Shown here one piece after another: positions 1-9,509 of a DNA stretch of 64,000 nt. Where the stretch lies: contig CAWCRS010000004.1 in the NCBI GenBank assembly GCA_963798085.1, positions 32,001-96,000 on the forward strand, written 5' to 3'. Positions within the stretch are counted from its first letter, which is position 1; every line of letters begins with the position of its first letter. The position numbers were made by a program, and so were the translations under genes. Below the pieces are notes generated by a model. It was not told where the DNA came from and did not search any database. It saw only the letters and a list, made by a program, of their open reading frames with translations. Source of the stretch: an uncultured Gemmatimonadales bacterium. Its GTDB lineage: Bacteria > Gemmatimonadota > Gemmatimonadetes > Longimicrobiales > RSA9.

Positions 1-2
1 TC

Positions 3-233
3 GCGACGAAGATCACGGATGGCGTGAAGCTGCCGCCGCTGCCGTCGCCCGTGCGCGAGGCGAGGGCCAAGCGCCCGATTCCGCCCGAAGCGATAACACT
101 CTATTCGCGCGCCCAGGTCTTCGAGGACGGCGGCCAGAAGGCGAGGGCGGAAGAGCTGTACAAGCAGATTACCCAGCGCTTCCCGGAAATGACGGAAGCG
201 AAGGAAGCGCTGCGCCAGCTCCAGGGCAGTTAG
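3..233 (+). CDS. 3' end of a TPR-containing protein, probably a CsgG/FlgO-TPR family paralog (partial, starts upstream of window)
   Basis: Frame is open from base 3 (ATKITDGVKLPPL...EAITLYSRAQVFEDGGQKARAEELYKQITQRFPEMTEAKEAL). The TPR-like helix pair resembles the C-terminus of the 16305-17600 protein. Confidence 0.55.
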   Translation, partial: ATKITDGVKLPPLPSPVREARAKRPIPPEAITLYSRAQVFEDGGQKARAEELYKQITQRFPEMTEAKEALRQLQGS

Positions 234-321
234 CGTTTCCAGGCAGTCCCGGACGTTCGGACCCGGCCACGGAATCGTGGCCGGCTGACAGTCTCTACCA
301 CCGCGGTCGAGGCGGGCTGCC

Positions 322-2139
322 ATGCTCCCGAAAACACACTTCCCTGCCAGTGGTACACCTGCGCACCGCGCGTCCGCCGTCAGCATCGCTGCACTGCTGC
401 TGACGCTCGCAGGCTGCCACGCGGACGACATCTTCTACTCTTCGCCTGGCAAGGGAAAAGGCGCGCTGCTGCTGGGCTGGTCCATCGGCCACAGTGTAGC
501 CAGTGGGGCGGTCGCCGCGGCGGATCGTGTGCACGTGCTCGTGGCCCGCTCCAGCGGCACGCTCTACGATGACACGATCGCGTTTCCGGTTGGCGAGAGC
601 GAAGTCCGCGTGCGCATCGAAGTGCAGCTCGAGCAGTCGGCGGAAGTGCTGGTGGTAGCGGCCGAGCTGCTCGATGGTACACGCGTCGTGGCGCGCGGTG
701 GGCAGTCGGTCACGCTGCAGCAGGGCACCACCACGGTCGCGCCCATTGTCGTGGACGACATTGCGAACGATCTGGCCATGGGCGACCAGCACGCCTGCTA
801 CATCGGGGCCGCAGGCGTGACCTACTGCTGGGGCGGCAACGAATTCGGGCAGCTCGGCATCGGCAGCAACATTGGCAGCAGCCGACCGGTCGCGGTGGCG
901 GGCGCACAGCATTTCGTCGCGGTCGCGGCAGGCGTCGGGCACACCTGCGCGCTCGCCGCCGATGGCTCCGCGTACTGCTGGGGCAATGGACTGGCCGGCC
1001 AGCTCGGCGATGGCAAGGTCACCACCAGCACGGTACCCGTCCCGGTGTCGGGCGGTCTGCATTTCGTCGACATCTCCGCCGGCGTGAACCACAGCTGCGG
1101 CCTCACGGTCAGCGGTGAAATATGGTGTTGGGGTGACAACGCGGTGGGCCAGCTCGCCGCTTCGCCCACCCGCGCGGCCGTTCCGGCACAGTCCGCATCC
1201 ACTCTGCATTTCAGCGCCGTGCGCGCCGGCTGGCTGCAGACCTGCGGCATAGTGAACAACGCGGGCTACTGCTGGGGCCAGGACTACTCGGGCGGCTCCA
1301 CGCCGCGCAACACGCCCACGGTCGTGCCCGGCGGCCTCAATCTGCGGCTCGTGCTGCCGGGCATTTTCACCGCGTGCGCCCTGAATGCGAATGGGGCCGC
1401 ATACTGCTGGGGCGGCAGCACCAACACCAACTTCGGCCAGCTCGGCAACAGCGGGTACAGCTACAGCGCCACGCCCGTCGCGGTCAGTGGCAGCCAGTCA
1501 TTCACTACACTGAGCGTGTCCAATGCGAATTCCTTCTACGCCGGCCATGTCTGCGGCATCAACCCGGCGAGCCTGGCCTGGTGCTGGGGCCTGAATCGGT
1601 TCGGCGAACTGGGCACGAACACGCAGGGATGTCTGCTCAATACCGTGGCGGGTCAGCAGGTACACCGCTGTTCCAACGTGCCCGTGCCCGTACAGGGTGG
1701 GCATCGCTACACCACCATCGCAGTGGGCAACGAGAACACGTGCGGCATTTCGGACAGCGGTACCGTGTACTGCTGGGGCTGGGGTCTCACGGGCATGCTG
1801 GGGCAGGGTGATCTGGGAGACCAGGCGCTGCCCGTGCCGCTGGGCGCTCCCATCGCCCCGCCCACGATCAAGTCGCTGATACTGAGCGGACGCAAGAACA
1901 CGCTGGCGGTGGGTGACACGCTCACGCTCGTGGCTGCGGCCGTCGACGCGCAGGGCATTCAGCTTCCCATGCCCATGGTCTGGAGCACGAGCGACAGCAC
2001 GCGCGTCGCGATTCAGTCCAACCGCGTGCCTTCGACCACCGCGCCCGCGGGGCTGATCGTCGCGCGCAATCGGGGTAACGCCACGATAACAGCCGCTTTA
2101 CAGGGCCTGACCGCCACGTTCAGCATTGTGGTGAACTGA
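322..2139 (+). CDS. RCC1/BLIP-II repeat beta-propeller lipoprotein with C-terminal Ig-like (Big_2-like) domain, 605 aa
   Basis: Lipobox LTLAG-C; about 7 repeats of H(T/S)C..G.(A/V)YCWG.N..GQLG..PV.V.G; C-terminal 'LAVGDTLTLVA...VWSTSDSTRV...GNATITA' Ig-like signature. Confidence 0.85.
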   Translation: MLPKTHFPASGTPAHRASAVSIAALLLTLAGCHADDIFYSSPGKGKGALLLGWSIGHSVASGAVAAADRVHVLVARSSGTLYDDTIAFPVGESEVRVRIEVQLEQSAEVLVVAAELLDGTRVVARGGQSVTLQQGTTTVAPIVVDDIANDLAMGDQHACYIGAAGVTYCWGGNEFGQLGIGSNIGSSRPVAVAGAQHFVAVAAGVGHTCALAADGSAYCWGNGLAGQLGDGKVTTSTVPVPVSGGLHFVDISAGVNHSCGLTVSGEIWCWGDNAVGQLAASPTRAAVPAQSASTLHFSAVRAGWLQTCGIVNNAGYCWGQDYSGGSTPRNTPTVVPGGLNLRLVLPGIFTACALNANGAAYCWGGSTNTNFGQLGNSGYSYSATPVAVSGSQSFTTLSVSNANSFYAGHVCGINPASLAWCWGLNRFGELGTNTQGCLLNTVAGQQVHRCSNVPVPVQGGHRYTTIAVGNENTCGISDSGTVYCWGWGLTGMLGQGDLGDQALPVPLGAPIAPPTIKSLILSGRKNTLAVGDTLTLVAAAVDAQGIQLPMPMVWSTSDSTRVAIQSNRVPSTTAPAGLIVARNRGNATITAALQGLTATFSIVVN

Positions 2140-2197
2140 GGATCGCGATCGCAGGCGGCTCGGCGCCCGATGGTCTCGCGTCGGCGTCGCCGGCCGC

Positions 2198-4471
2198 TCA
2201 CGAACTCCTGACCTCCACCACGACCGGCCCGGAGCAGCGAGTCATGCAGGCAAGCCGGTACTCACCGGGCGCCAGGCCTTTGCGACCGAGAGTCTTCTTT
2301 TCCTTGTCGGTCACCTCGTTCAGATGCTCCGCACCCTGCACAATGCGGATCACATCACAGCCGCACATCCCCATCCAGCATTCGTAGTCCATGGCCACGC
2401 CGTGGGCGTCGGCCCACGTCAGCAGCGTCTCTGCCGCATCCGCCGCACCGGCAATGTTCTGACCCTGGAACGTGATGTGTGGCCCGGCCGCGGACGGCGA
2501 GGCGGCGGGCGGCGGCGGCGCACCCGGTGGCGCCGCCGGCTGCGCCGGCTGCACCACCGGCATGGATCCGCTCTTCTCCGGCAAATCCTCGCGCAGCCGG
2601 ATCTGGAACAACTGGTTGCCCACGCGGAGCAGATCGTTGTGCTCGAGCCGCTGCTCGCCATCGATCCTCAGATACGTGCCGTTGCGGCTGCCCAGGTCCT
2701 GCAGCACGAAGTGCATGGCACGCGCCGTGGCCGCGAAATGGAAGCGTGAGAGCGTGAGGTCCCGGTCGTCGAGCGCCACATCGGGCTGCGAAGGACCGCC
2801 GCGCCGTCCGAAAACAACTGTGTTAGTGCCAAGCGGGTAGCGCGCGACCGGTCGGCTGGTGGCGTCGTAATGATCGATGAACAGTCCAGCCGCATCGCCG
2901 CTGGCAACCAGGATCTGGCGCCCTGCGCGCAGCAGCGCGCCAGGCTGCACCGTCAGCGGCGCTTCCGGACGCAACCGCAGGTAGGTGCCGGAGCGACTGC
3001 CGTCGTCACGCAGATGGAACGCGCCGTCACGATGCGAGATGGAAGCGTGATTCTCGGACAGGGCCGTGTCCTGCGCGAAGCTGACATCGCAACCCACACG
3101 GCCGATGGTGGTCACACCGTCAGTGCGCAGCGTGAAGTTCTCCGCATCGACGCCGGTCGGTGTGAGACTCACCAGGATCGCGGCGCGCTCACCGGGCGCA
3201 TCGCCGACTGCCGCCCCACCTGCTGCCGCAGCCCGCTCCGGCGCCAGACCGAGCGCCGCACTGATGCGCGCAATCCCTGCATCCGGCGTCGCACGGGCAA
3301 CCGGCTCCGCATCCCGGATGACGACGTTGACGGTCGCCTGCCCGTCCAGCTTCTGCCGGATCACTTCGGCAACGAAAACGCCATCACGCAGGGAACTCTT
3401 GATGTTGCCGCGATGCTTGACCTGCCGGAACTGATCCGGCGGCGCGCCGAAGTCATCGGTTTCGAGATACACCTGCGAGAGCAGGTCGCCGATCAGGTAC
3501 ACATTGCGCTGCTGCGTTTCGAGCAGCGGTGAGACCACGCACATCTTGCGGTTCTGTGCCGCCGGCACCATGGCAATGCCCAGCTGGCGCAGGAACGCCT
3601 CCGGAATGTCCTCGCCGATGCAGGCAATGCAGCGCGTCTTCTGGAACTCGAGGTGCAGCGTCTCGGGCGGCCGGTCCGCTGCCATTCTGCGATCCACGCG
3701 CAGCGACAGGTACTCGACGCGATCGGGAGCCGTAACGACGCCAACCGGCTCGCTGTTAGGGTGGTAGCGAATGTTGCCGTTGCCGATGTACGCCTCGAAG
3801 AACTCGTCGGCCAGCGCCTTGGAGACACGCGGCATCTTCGAGCCGCGGTACGACCAGAAGACGTGTGACGCCTCCACCGCCTGGATCTTCGCCTTCGAGA
3901 TCGCGATCACGGCCTCGGCTGCGGACGTGCCGCCGCCGATCACGCAGACCGGGCCGGAAACGTAGTTGCCGGCATCATCCAGCCGGTACGCGATACCGTC
4001 GGTGTTGCCGGGAATGTCGAAGCGCCGAGGCACACCTCGCCCGATGGCGAGCACGACGTGACGCGCGTGCAGCAGGCCCGGCTCGCGCGTGCCATGATTC
4101 CAGGTGGACGCGTCCCAGCCGTGGCCGGCCGGCTGCAGTCCTGTCAGCTCGACACTGCATACGACCGGCACGCCAAAGCTGCTGTAGTGCTGTTTCCAGC
4201 GCGCGCAGATCTCGTCCTTGTCGATCGCCTCGAATTGCAGGCCGCTGATGCACTCGTCGCCCGCCGGAAACGCCATGCGGTCGCCACCGCCGAAATCCGG
4301 CAGGATGAGCTTGTCCTTGGGATAATCGCGAATGCGCTTGAGCACATCGTCGAAGTCGATCACGAGTGCCTGCAGTCCCAGCTCACGAGCGCGGAATGCG
4401 GCCGCGGTGCCGGCCGGGCCTGCGCCCACAACGAGCAGATCCAGGATTTCCGGCAGTTCGGCGCGGCTCAT
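2198..4471 (-). CDS. FAD/NAD(P)H oxidoreductase (TrxR-fold, FNR/YpdA-like) fused to two FHA domains and a C-terminal [2Fe-2S] ferredoxin, 757 aa
   Basis: GAGPAG and GGGTSA dinucleotide motifs, YRG, VYLIGD; no TrxR CxxC; FHA motifs GR..S..H..GS(R)(S/N)GT twice; CWMGMCGCD...RLAC. ATG at 4471 overlaps the upstream TGA (ATGA). Confidence 0.85.
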   Translation of the reverse strand: MSRAELPEILDLLVVGAGPAGTAAAFRARELGLQALVIDFDDVLKRIRDYPKDKLILPDFGGGDRMAFPAGDECISGLQFEAIDKDEICARWKQHYSSFGVPVVCSVELTGLQPAGHGWDASTWNHGTREPGLLHARHVVLAIGRGVPRRFDIPGNTDGIAYRLDDAGNYVSGPVCVIGGGTSAAEAVIAISKAKIQAVEASHVFWSYRGSKMPRVSKALADEFFEAYIGNGNIRYHPNSEPVGVVTAPDRVEYLSLRVDRRMAADRPPETLHLEFQKTRCIACIGEDIPEAFLRQLGIAMVPAAQNRKMCVVSPLLETQQRNVYLIGDLLSQVYLETDDFGAPPDQFRQVKHRGNIKSSLRDGVFVAEVIRQKLDGQATVNVVIRDAEPVARATPDAGIARISAALGLAPERAAAAGGAAVGDAPGERAAILVSLTPTGVDAENFTLRTDGVTTIGRVGCDVSFAQDTALSENHASISHRDGAFHLRDDGSRSGTYLRLRPEAPLTVQPGALLRAGRQILVASGDAAGLFIDHYDATSRPVARYPLGTNTVVFGRRGGPSQPDVALDDRDLTLSRFHFAATARAMHFVLQDLGSRNGTYLRIDGEQRLEHNDLLRVGNQLFQIRLREDLPEKSGSMPVVQPAQPAAPPGAPPPPAASPSAAGPHITFQGQNIAGAADAAETLLTWADAHGVAMDYECWMGMCGCDVIRIVQGAEHLNEVTDKEKKTLGRKGLAPGEYRLACMTRCSGPVVVEVRSS

Positions 4472-5403
4472 CGCTGGATCAACTCGAACTCGAAGTAGGG
4501 ACCCAACCGGAATTTCATGCCGGGGACCAGACCGATGCTCTGAATGACATTGCCGTCCACATAGGTACCGTTCACGCTCTGCAGGTCCGTGAGCGTGATG
4601 CCCGTGGGCGCAATCTGCACCACGGCGTGTCTGCGGCCCAGCCACTTCTCCGGATCACGCAGTGCGATGTCGCATTCTTCCCAGCGGCCGATGAAGTTGT
4701 CGCCGGCACGCAGTGTCCATCTCTGCCGACTTCCATCCGGCATTGTCAGTTGCAACTCCAGCACGTGCGCCGGCATGGGCGCAGGCCGTGAGACTGGGGG
4801 CGGTGCGACCGGTGCAGACGGTGCGACTCGCGCAGGTGCTGCAGGCGGTGTGATGGGTGCGGGCGGCGCGACTGGTGGCAGTGCGACTGGTGCAGGTGGT
4901 GATTCCTGCGCAGGCTGCGCTGTTGTTGCAGGTGCAGGGGGTGCAGGGGGTGCAGGGGGTGCAGGCGTCGCGTACGCGACGGCGCGCGGATCAACGATGT
5001 CGTTGAAGCCGAGGTCGACCTGCGTGCTCTGTTCCTTCTGGACTTGCGGTGCCGGCGGCGGCGGTACGGGCGGCGCAACGGCCGGCGCATCCGCTTCACC
5101 GTGCACGAAGATCAGGTCGAGCGTTTCGGCGAGTGTGATGATGTTCACGCGATCCAGACGAGTGGGTGAGGTTACGGGCACGCCATCCACGCGCGTGCCA
5201 TTCCGACTGCCGAGATCCTCGAGGTAGTATTCGCCATCCTGCTGCCGGATGCGGGCGTGGCGGCCGGAAAGGAATGGGAAATCGAGCACGAGATCGTTCT
5301 CCGGGCCTCGGCCCAGACTCGTTTCTCGTCCGAACTCGTGGGTGACACCGGCTATGCTGCCGGTGCGACCGAGCAGCCGCGCTCGAGGCTGGGTCACAAT
5401 CAC
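4468..5403 (-). CDS. Double-FHA-domain protein with Pro/Ala-rich linker, ~311 aa
   Basis: LGRG..LSGRHA..DLGSRNGT and IGRW..GRRHA..DLQSVNGT; GTG start overlaps the upstream stop (GTGA). Confidence 0.85.
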   Translation of the reverse strand: MIVTQPRARLLGRTGSIAGVTHEFGRETSLGRGPENDLVLDFPFLSGRHARIRQQDGEYYLEDLGSRNGTRVDGVPVTSPTRLDRVNIITLAETLDLIFVHGEADAPAVAPPVPPPPAPQVQKEQSTQVDLGFNDIVDPRAVAYATPAPPAPPAPPAPATTAQPAQESPPAPVALPPVAPPAPITPPAAPARVAPSAPVAPPPVSRPAPMPAHVLELQLTMPDGSRQRWTLRAGDNFIGRWEECDIALRDPEKWLGRRHAVVQIAPTGITLTDLQSVNGTYVDGNVIQSIGLVPGMKFRLGPYFEFELIQR

Positions 5404-6980
5404 CTCACCCGTTGATTCTGGCGCGACAGATTGGACCACTGCGCGTGGTCCGGATGGAAGCGGTGGCATTGCGTGCAGTCAGCAGGCGCGCGGCCGCTGC
5501 CGTGACAGCGCCGGCACACCTCAATGCCCGGCAGGTTCTGGATGCTGGCTCGATCCAGCGACGCCGGCACATCCTTGTCACGATCGACCCAGTCGCGGAT
5601 CGGTATCGCGGTGTGGCAGTCCAGACAGCGAGCGTGGATGATGTGGGCGCGGTGGCTGAACTCCGCGCGATTCAGTGTCCGCTGATCCGTCTGCACGCGC
5701 AGAATCGTGGCGCGCTCGACGATGTGACATTCGCGGCACTTCGTGGTCAGCGAGTCTGCCAGCGGTAGGACGGCGCTGTCGGCGAGCGAACCGATGGGAT
5801 CGGCCGCAGGCCGGTCGGCAACGCCCGCAGCGAAGCGACTCAGGTCGACCGGTGCCAGCGGGTCTTCCATGCGGCGCTCGATGACGTCCAGCAGACTCTC
5901 GAGCGAACGGAGTTCGTTCTGCACATCGCGTGACGGCTCGCCACGCAGCGCCTGGATCCAGGAGCGGAGTGTGGCGACGGCCTCCTGCGGCAGCACGCGG
6001 CCCTGGCCGGGCGGCACATCCGCGGATGCGCGCAGCAGCTGCGCCAGCGCGGCACCGGGATAGAGCTGCTGGCGCAGGCGGTTCAGGTTGTAGAGAATCC
6101 ACGGGTCCTCGTGATAGACGGGGCGCTTCAGAATGAATCCGCCCGCCTCCCTGAATTCATTCGAGTCCCAGTAGTTGGCGGCGTCCGCGCCCGGCGAGGA
6201 GGCATTGCGGATATCCTGCAGCGAGAGCACGCCCGCGGCTGTGCCACGCCCGGCCAGCGGCAGCAGCGGCGTCGCGTCCGACGCCGAGAGATGGCAATCA
6301 TCGCAGTGCCGCGCGAACGAGATGGGCTGGAAGAAGCGGCCCTCGGGCTCCGGCTCGTGACAGCGCACGCAGGTCGCTTCCAGATCGGTCAGCGAATCCC
6401 GCTTCATGATCTCGCGAACGTGCCGCACGTGCGTAAACAGCAGGTTAGCAGGATCGGGCACGGAATCAGCAATGAAGTCGAACTGCGGATGCCCGCTGCT
6501 GAAGGAGCCGGCCTTGTGGCAGGCCCGGCAGGTCGCGTCGGTCACCCGCTCGAGCGATGCCGTGCGGCCGCGGTGCTCGTCGTGGCACGCGGCGCACGGC
6601 GTCTCCCGGGTGCTCGGGGCGGAGCGGTCGAAGTCGGCCGACCGGTACACATAGTGGCGGCGGTAACTGTACGTGCCCAGCGGGTCGCCCGCCTTTTCGT
6701 GACAGTTGCTGCAACGCACGTCGGGCGTACCGCCGCCGGGCGCGTGGCAGTTCGCACAATCCCTGGCAAACAGTGCGTGGCTGTCCGAGAGCGGGCCGTT
6801 CGAGACGGCGGCCGCGTTGCCGAAAAGCGTGTCCGCGAGGAAGGGCAGAATCAGCAGCACCATGGCGCCTGCGCCGTACAGGAACAGGCGGCCGCGGCCC
6901 GTGCGCGGCGGATGCCGTGTCGCCACCGGCAGCCGGCTGGGCGTGAAGGCATCGTTCTCGAATCGGCGCTGGTCGCTCAC
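5400..6980 (-). CDS. Membrane-anchored decaheme c-type cytochrome, 526 aa
   Basis: 10 CxxCH motifs (CANCH, CSNCH, CAACH, CRACH, CVRCH, CDDCH, CRECH, CLDCH, CRRCH, CTQCH); N-terminal hydrophobic segment LFLYGAGAMVLLILPFLA. Confidence 0.9.
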   Translation of the reverse strand: MSDQRRFENDAFTPSRLPVATRHPPRTGRGRLFLYGAGAMVLLILPFLADTLFGNAAAVSNGPLSDSHALFARDCANCHAPGGGTPDVRCSNCHEKAGDPLGTYSYRRHYVYRSADFDRSAPSTRETPCAACHDEHRGRTASLERVTDATCRACHKAGSFSSGHPQFDFIADSVPDPANLLFTHVRHVREIMKRDSLTDLEATCVRCHEPEPEGRFFQPISFARHCDDCHLSASDATPLLPLAGRGTAAGVLSLQDIRNASSPGADAANYWDSNEFREAGGFILKRPVYHEDPWILYNLNRLRQQLYPGAALAQLLRASADVPPGQGRVLPQEAVATLRSWIQALRGEPSRDVQNELRSLESLLDVIERRMEDPLAPVDLSRFAAGVADRPAADPIGSLADSAVLPLADSLTTKCRECHIVERATILRVQTDQRTLNRAEFSHRAHIIHARCLDCHTAIPIRDWVDRDKDVPASLDRASIQNLPGIEVCRRCHGSGRAPADCTQCHRFHPDHAQWSNLSRQNQRVR

Positions 6981-6992
6981 CCGGTCCGCCCG

Positions 6993-7847
6993 CTAGTAGT
7001 ACAGAACGAGTGACACGTGCAGCACCACCAGTCCCAGCAGGACCATCGCCACGGGCAGGTGCAACCAGAGCCAGAGCCGCAACCAGCGCTGCAGCGTGTA
7101 GTGCAGGTCCATCTCCAACTTGGTGTTATGGATCTGCTCCAGCTCATCGAGCGCCGGCGCCACGTCCGCGGGCACGGTCTGCCGCAGGATGTGGAACTCC
7201 TGGGAGCGGTAGGACTCCGAGCGACTCCGACCCAGCACGCTGCGCAGCGCGGCCTGCGGCGCCTCCATGTCGGGTGCGATCTCACGCGCGTAGTAGGCCT
7301 GCACCCGCGGACCGGCTCGCGCCGCCACCGCGCTGGCACGCGAGCGCAGCTCCTGCACCAGTTCCGGTATGCGCTGCAGGTTCACTTCGAAGGATGCGCC
7401 CGCATCCAGCAGCCGCGGAATCACGCGTTGCAGTGCCAGTCCGAAAGCGCCCGAGAGCACGACCCACAGACTGATCGTCCACAGCACGATCATCAGCGGA
7501 CCGGACGGGAGGCGGAAGTCCGTGTGCAGTAGCAGCAGCACCAGAAACAGCGTGCCGCCGGCCACGTGCAGCTGGAGATAGAACTGCGCGGGACCCAGAC
7601 TGCGCACGGCGGGCAGTGACCGGCGGATCGAGTAGAGCATCACGACCAGCAGCGTGGCGGCCGCGGCGATGCCGAACCCCTGACCCAGATCCGAGCGTGG
7701 TTGGAAAGCGCGGCCCGCGACGATTCGCAGGAGTATGGCAGTGATACCGATGAGGAGCGCAGTGTCGCGCATGGGTTGCCAGCGGAAGCGTACAGGTCTA
7801 CGCACTCTCCTGCGCACCGCGCCGAGAACCCCTGCAGCCGCCCGCAT
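6993..7847 (-). CDS. Polytopic membrane protein, putative di-heme cytochrome b (ferric-reductase/NOX-type His pairs), up to 284 aa
   Basis: About 5 hydrophobic helices, two of which each carry H-x13-H (His codons at 7568/7526 and 7061/7019). ATG overlaps the upstream TGA (TGATG); alternative start 7772. Confidence 0.7.
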   Translation of the reverse strand: MRAAAGVLGAVRRRVRRPVRFRWQPMRDTALLIGITAILLRIVAGRAFQPRSDLGQGFGIAAAATLLVVMLYSIRRSLPAVRSLGPAQFYLQLHVAGGTLFLVLLLLHTDFRLPSGPLMIVLWTISLWVVLSGAFGLALQRVIPRLLDAGASFEVNLQRIPELVQELRSRASAVAARAGPRVQAYYAREIAPDMEAPQAALRSVLGRSRSESYRSQEFHILRQTVPADVAPALDELEQIHNTKLEMDLHYTLQRWLRLWLWLHLPVAMVLLGLVVLHVSLVLYY

Positions 7848-9502
7848 CAGCGTTTCCTCGACAGCGTTTCGCGCTCCTGGTCCAGCCCCTGGGCCAGCGC
7901 CTTCGCGCGCAGCAGCGCGTCGAACTCGTCCGCCGTGCCGACGCGGTGTGCACAGCCATGCGGGCAGCTGCTCACGCAGGCCGGTCCGGCCGGCGAAGCG
8001 TAGCAGAGATCACACTTGGTGGCGACCCGCCGTTCCTGGCCGCGCAGATGCTCGGGCAGCGCGTTCGACGGCCAGGTCTCGCCCAGCTCGTGCATGATGA
8101 TCGCGTCGTACGGGCAGTTCTCGGCACACGCGCCGCAGCCGATGCAGATACTGGGGTCGATCTCGACGACATTACCCACGTTGGCGCGGCGGATCGCTCC
8201 GGTCGGACAGCCGATCAGGCACACGGGATCGGCGCAGTGATAGCACGCACGCGTGATCAGGAAACCGCTGTACTTCTCGCCTTCCCGCACGAAGCGGGGA
8301 ATGCCGCCGTGCGTACTGGCGCACCCGCGCACGCAGTCATCACAGCGGGTGCAGGTTTCCAGATCGATCACCAGGATGGAGTTGCCCTGGACCAGCCCCT
8401 TGGCCAGCGCGAAATCGACCAGGTCGGAGCGGTGCGGGTGGTGGCGCGTAAAACCGATCTCGCGGATGCGGTCGACGGCCGATTCCCAGACGTACTTCTG
8501 CAGCTCCGGCTGCTGCCCGAATACGGCTGACAGATCGTTATAGCGGATGCGCACCAGTTCGGAATAGCCGACGGAGCGGGTGGTCGTCTGCCACTTCCTC
8601 CCCAGCTCGGGAAGCAGCAGCTCCACTTCGCCCAGCAGTGAGCCCTTGCTCAGGTAGGAGACCGCCATTTCGCCGGCTCCGACCGCCTGCGTCAACTTCA
8701 GGAATCCGGAGCGCACGAGAATCACGTGCTCGGCCAGCTTGCCTTCCGCGGTCACTTCGTCGCCGGGCTGCAGCGATACCAGCTCCACGCGCTCGCACAG
8801 CTTCTCGATGATGGACGCATCGCAGCCGCGCAGCAGGGGTGTGGTGGACAGGTGCTGGCGCAGGGTGCGCACGCGATACAGCTCGTCCAGCCGCTCGCGC
8901 AGTTTCCTCGCCTTGCGCCGCAGCTTGCGCAACGCGGGCAGCCGGATCTGTACCAGCCGGCAGGCGCTGGCGGTGCGTGCCGTCACCGATTGCGGCCAGC
9001 CGTTCAGTGCGCCGATCTCGCCGAAGATGTCGCCGGCCGCGAGCCGCATGCGGCCACCGCGGGGCAGATCGAAATCCGCACTCGCCAGGAATGTGATGGG
9101 CGCGTTCTGCGCAACGTTCCTCTGCGCGAGCGGCGACACGACATTCCCGGCGAGCGTGTCCGTTGTGGGGATGGAACTCATGATGCGCGTCGGAAAAATC
9201 GGCTTGCCCGACTCGGCATCACTGGCCAGGTACAGCTCGACTTCGCCGCTGTCGATCCAGAATGCCAGGTCGACGTAGGTGCCTTCCTCGAAAAGGATCG
9301 CGCCCGCGCGCCACGTCGCGATGGAAACATCCGCGCTGATGTCCTTGAGGAAATCGTCGTCGAGGCCATCGAAGATGGGATAACGGCGCAGCTCCGACGG
9401 ATACATCACGCTCGAGATGTCGACGATGCCGGTGTGGTCTCCCCACGATGACCAGCGATCGGTGTGCAGCTGCCGGCGCATCACGAACGTCGGTGATTCC
9501 AC
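7847..9502 (-). CDS. Two cyclic-nucleotide-binding (CAP_ED) domains fused to a 4x[4Fe-4S] DmsB/NrfC-type ferredoxin domain, ~551 aa
   Basis: cNMP-like motifs 'ILFEEG...GEV...GDIFGEIGAL..PQSVTA' and 'VTAEG...SGFL...GSLLGEVELL'; Cys clusters CTRCDDCVRGC, CYHCADPVCLIGCP, CIGCGACAENCP, CDLC..PACVSSCP. GTG at 9502 follows GAGG. Confidence 0.85.
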   Translation of the reverse strand: MESPTFVMRRQLHTDRWSSWGDHTGIVDISSVMYPSELRRYPIFDGLDDDFLKDISADVSIATWRAGAILFEEGTYVDLAFWIDSGEVELYLASDAESGKPIFPTRIMSSIPTTDTLAGNVVSPLAQRNVAQNAPITFLASADFDLPRGGRMRLAAGDIFGEIGALNGWPQSVTARTASACRLVQIRLPALRKLRRKARKLRERLDELYRVRTLRQHLSTTPLLRGCDASIIEKLCERVELVSLQPGDEVTAEGKLAEHVILVRSGFLKLTQAVGAGEMAVSYLSKGSLLGEVELLLPELGRKWQTTTRSVGYSELVRIRYNDLSAVFGQQPELQKYVWESAVDRIREIGFTRHHPHRSDLVDFALAKGLVQGNSILVIDLETCTRCDDCVRGCASTHGGIPRFVREGEKYSGFLITRACYHCADPVCLIGCPTGAIRRANVGNVVEIDPSICIGCGACAENCPYDAIIMHELGETWPSNALPEHLRGQERRVATKCDLCYASPAGPACVSSCPHGCAHRVGTADEFDALLRAKALAQGLDQERETLSRKR

Positions 9503-9509
9503 AAGCGCC

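Noticed and set aside
263..284. Hairpin CCGGCCACG-gaat-CGTGGCCGG
   Set aside because: A real 9-bp stem, but with no U-tract and between co-directional genes; function cannot be supported.
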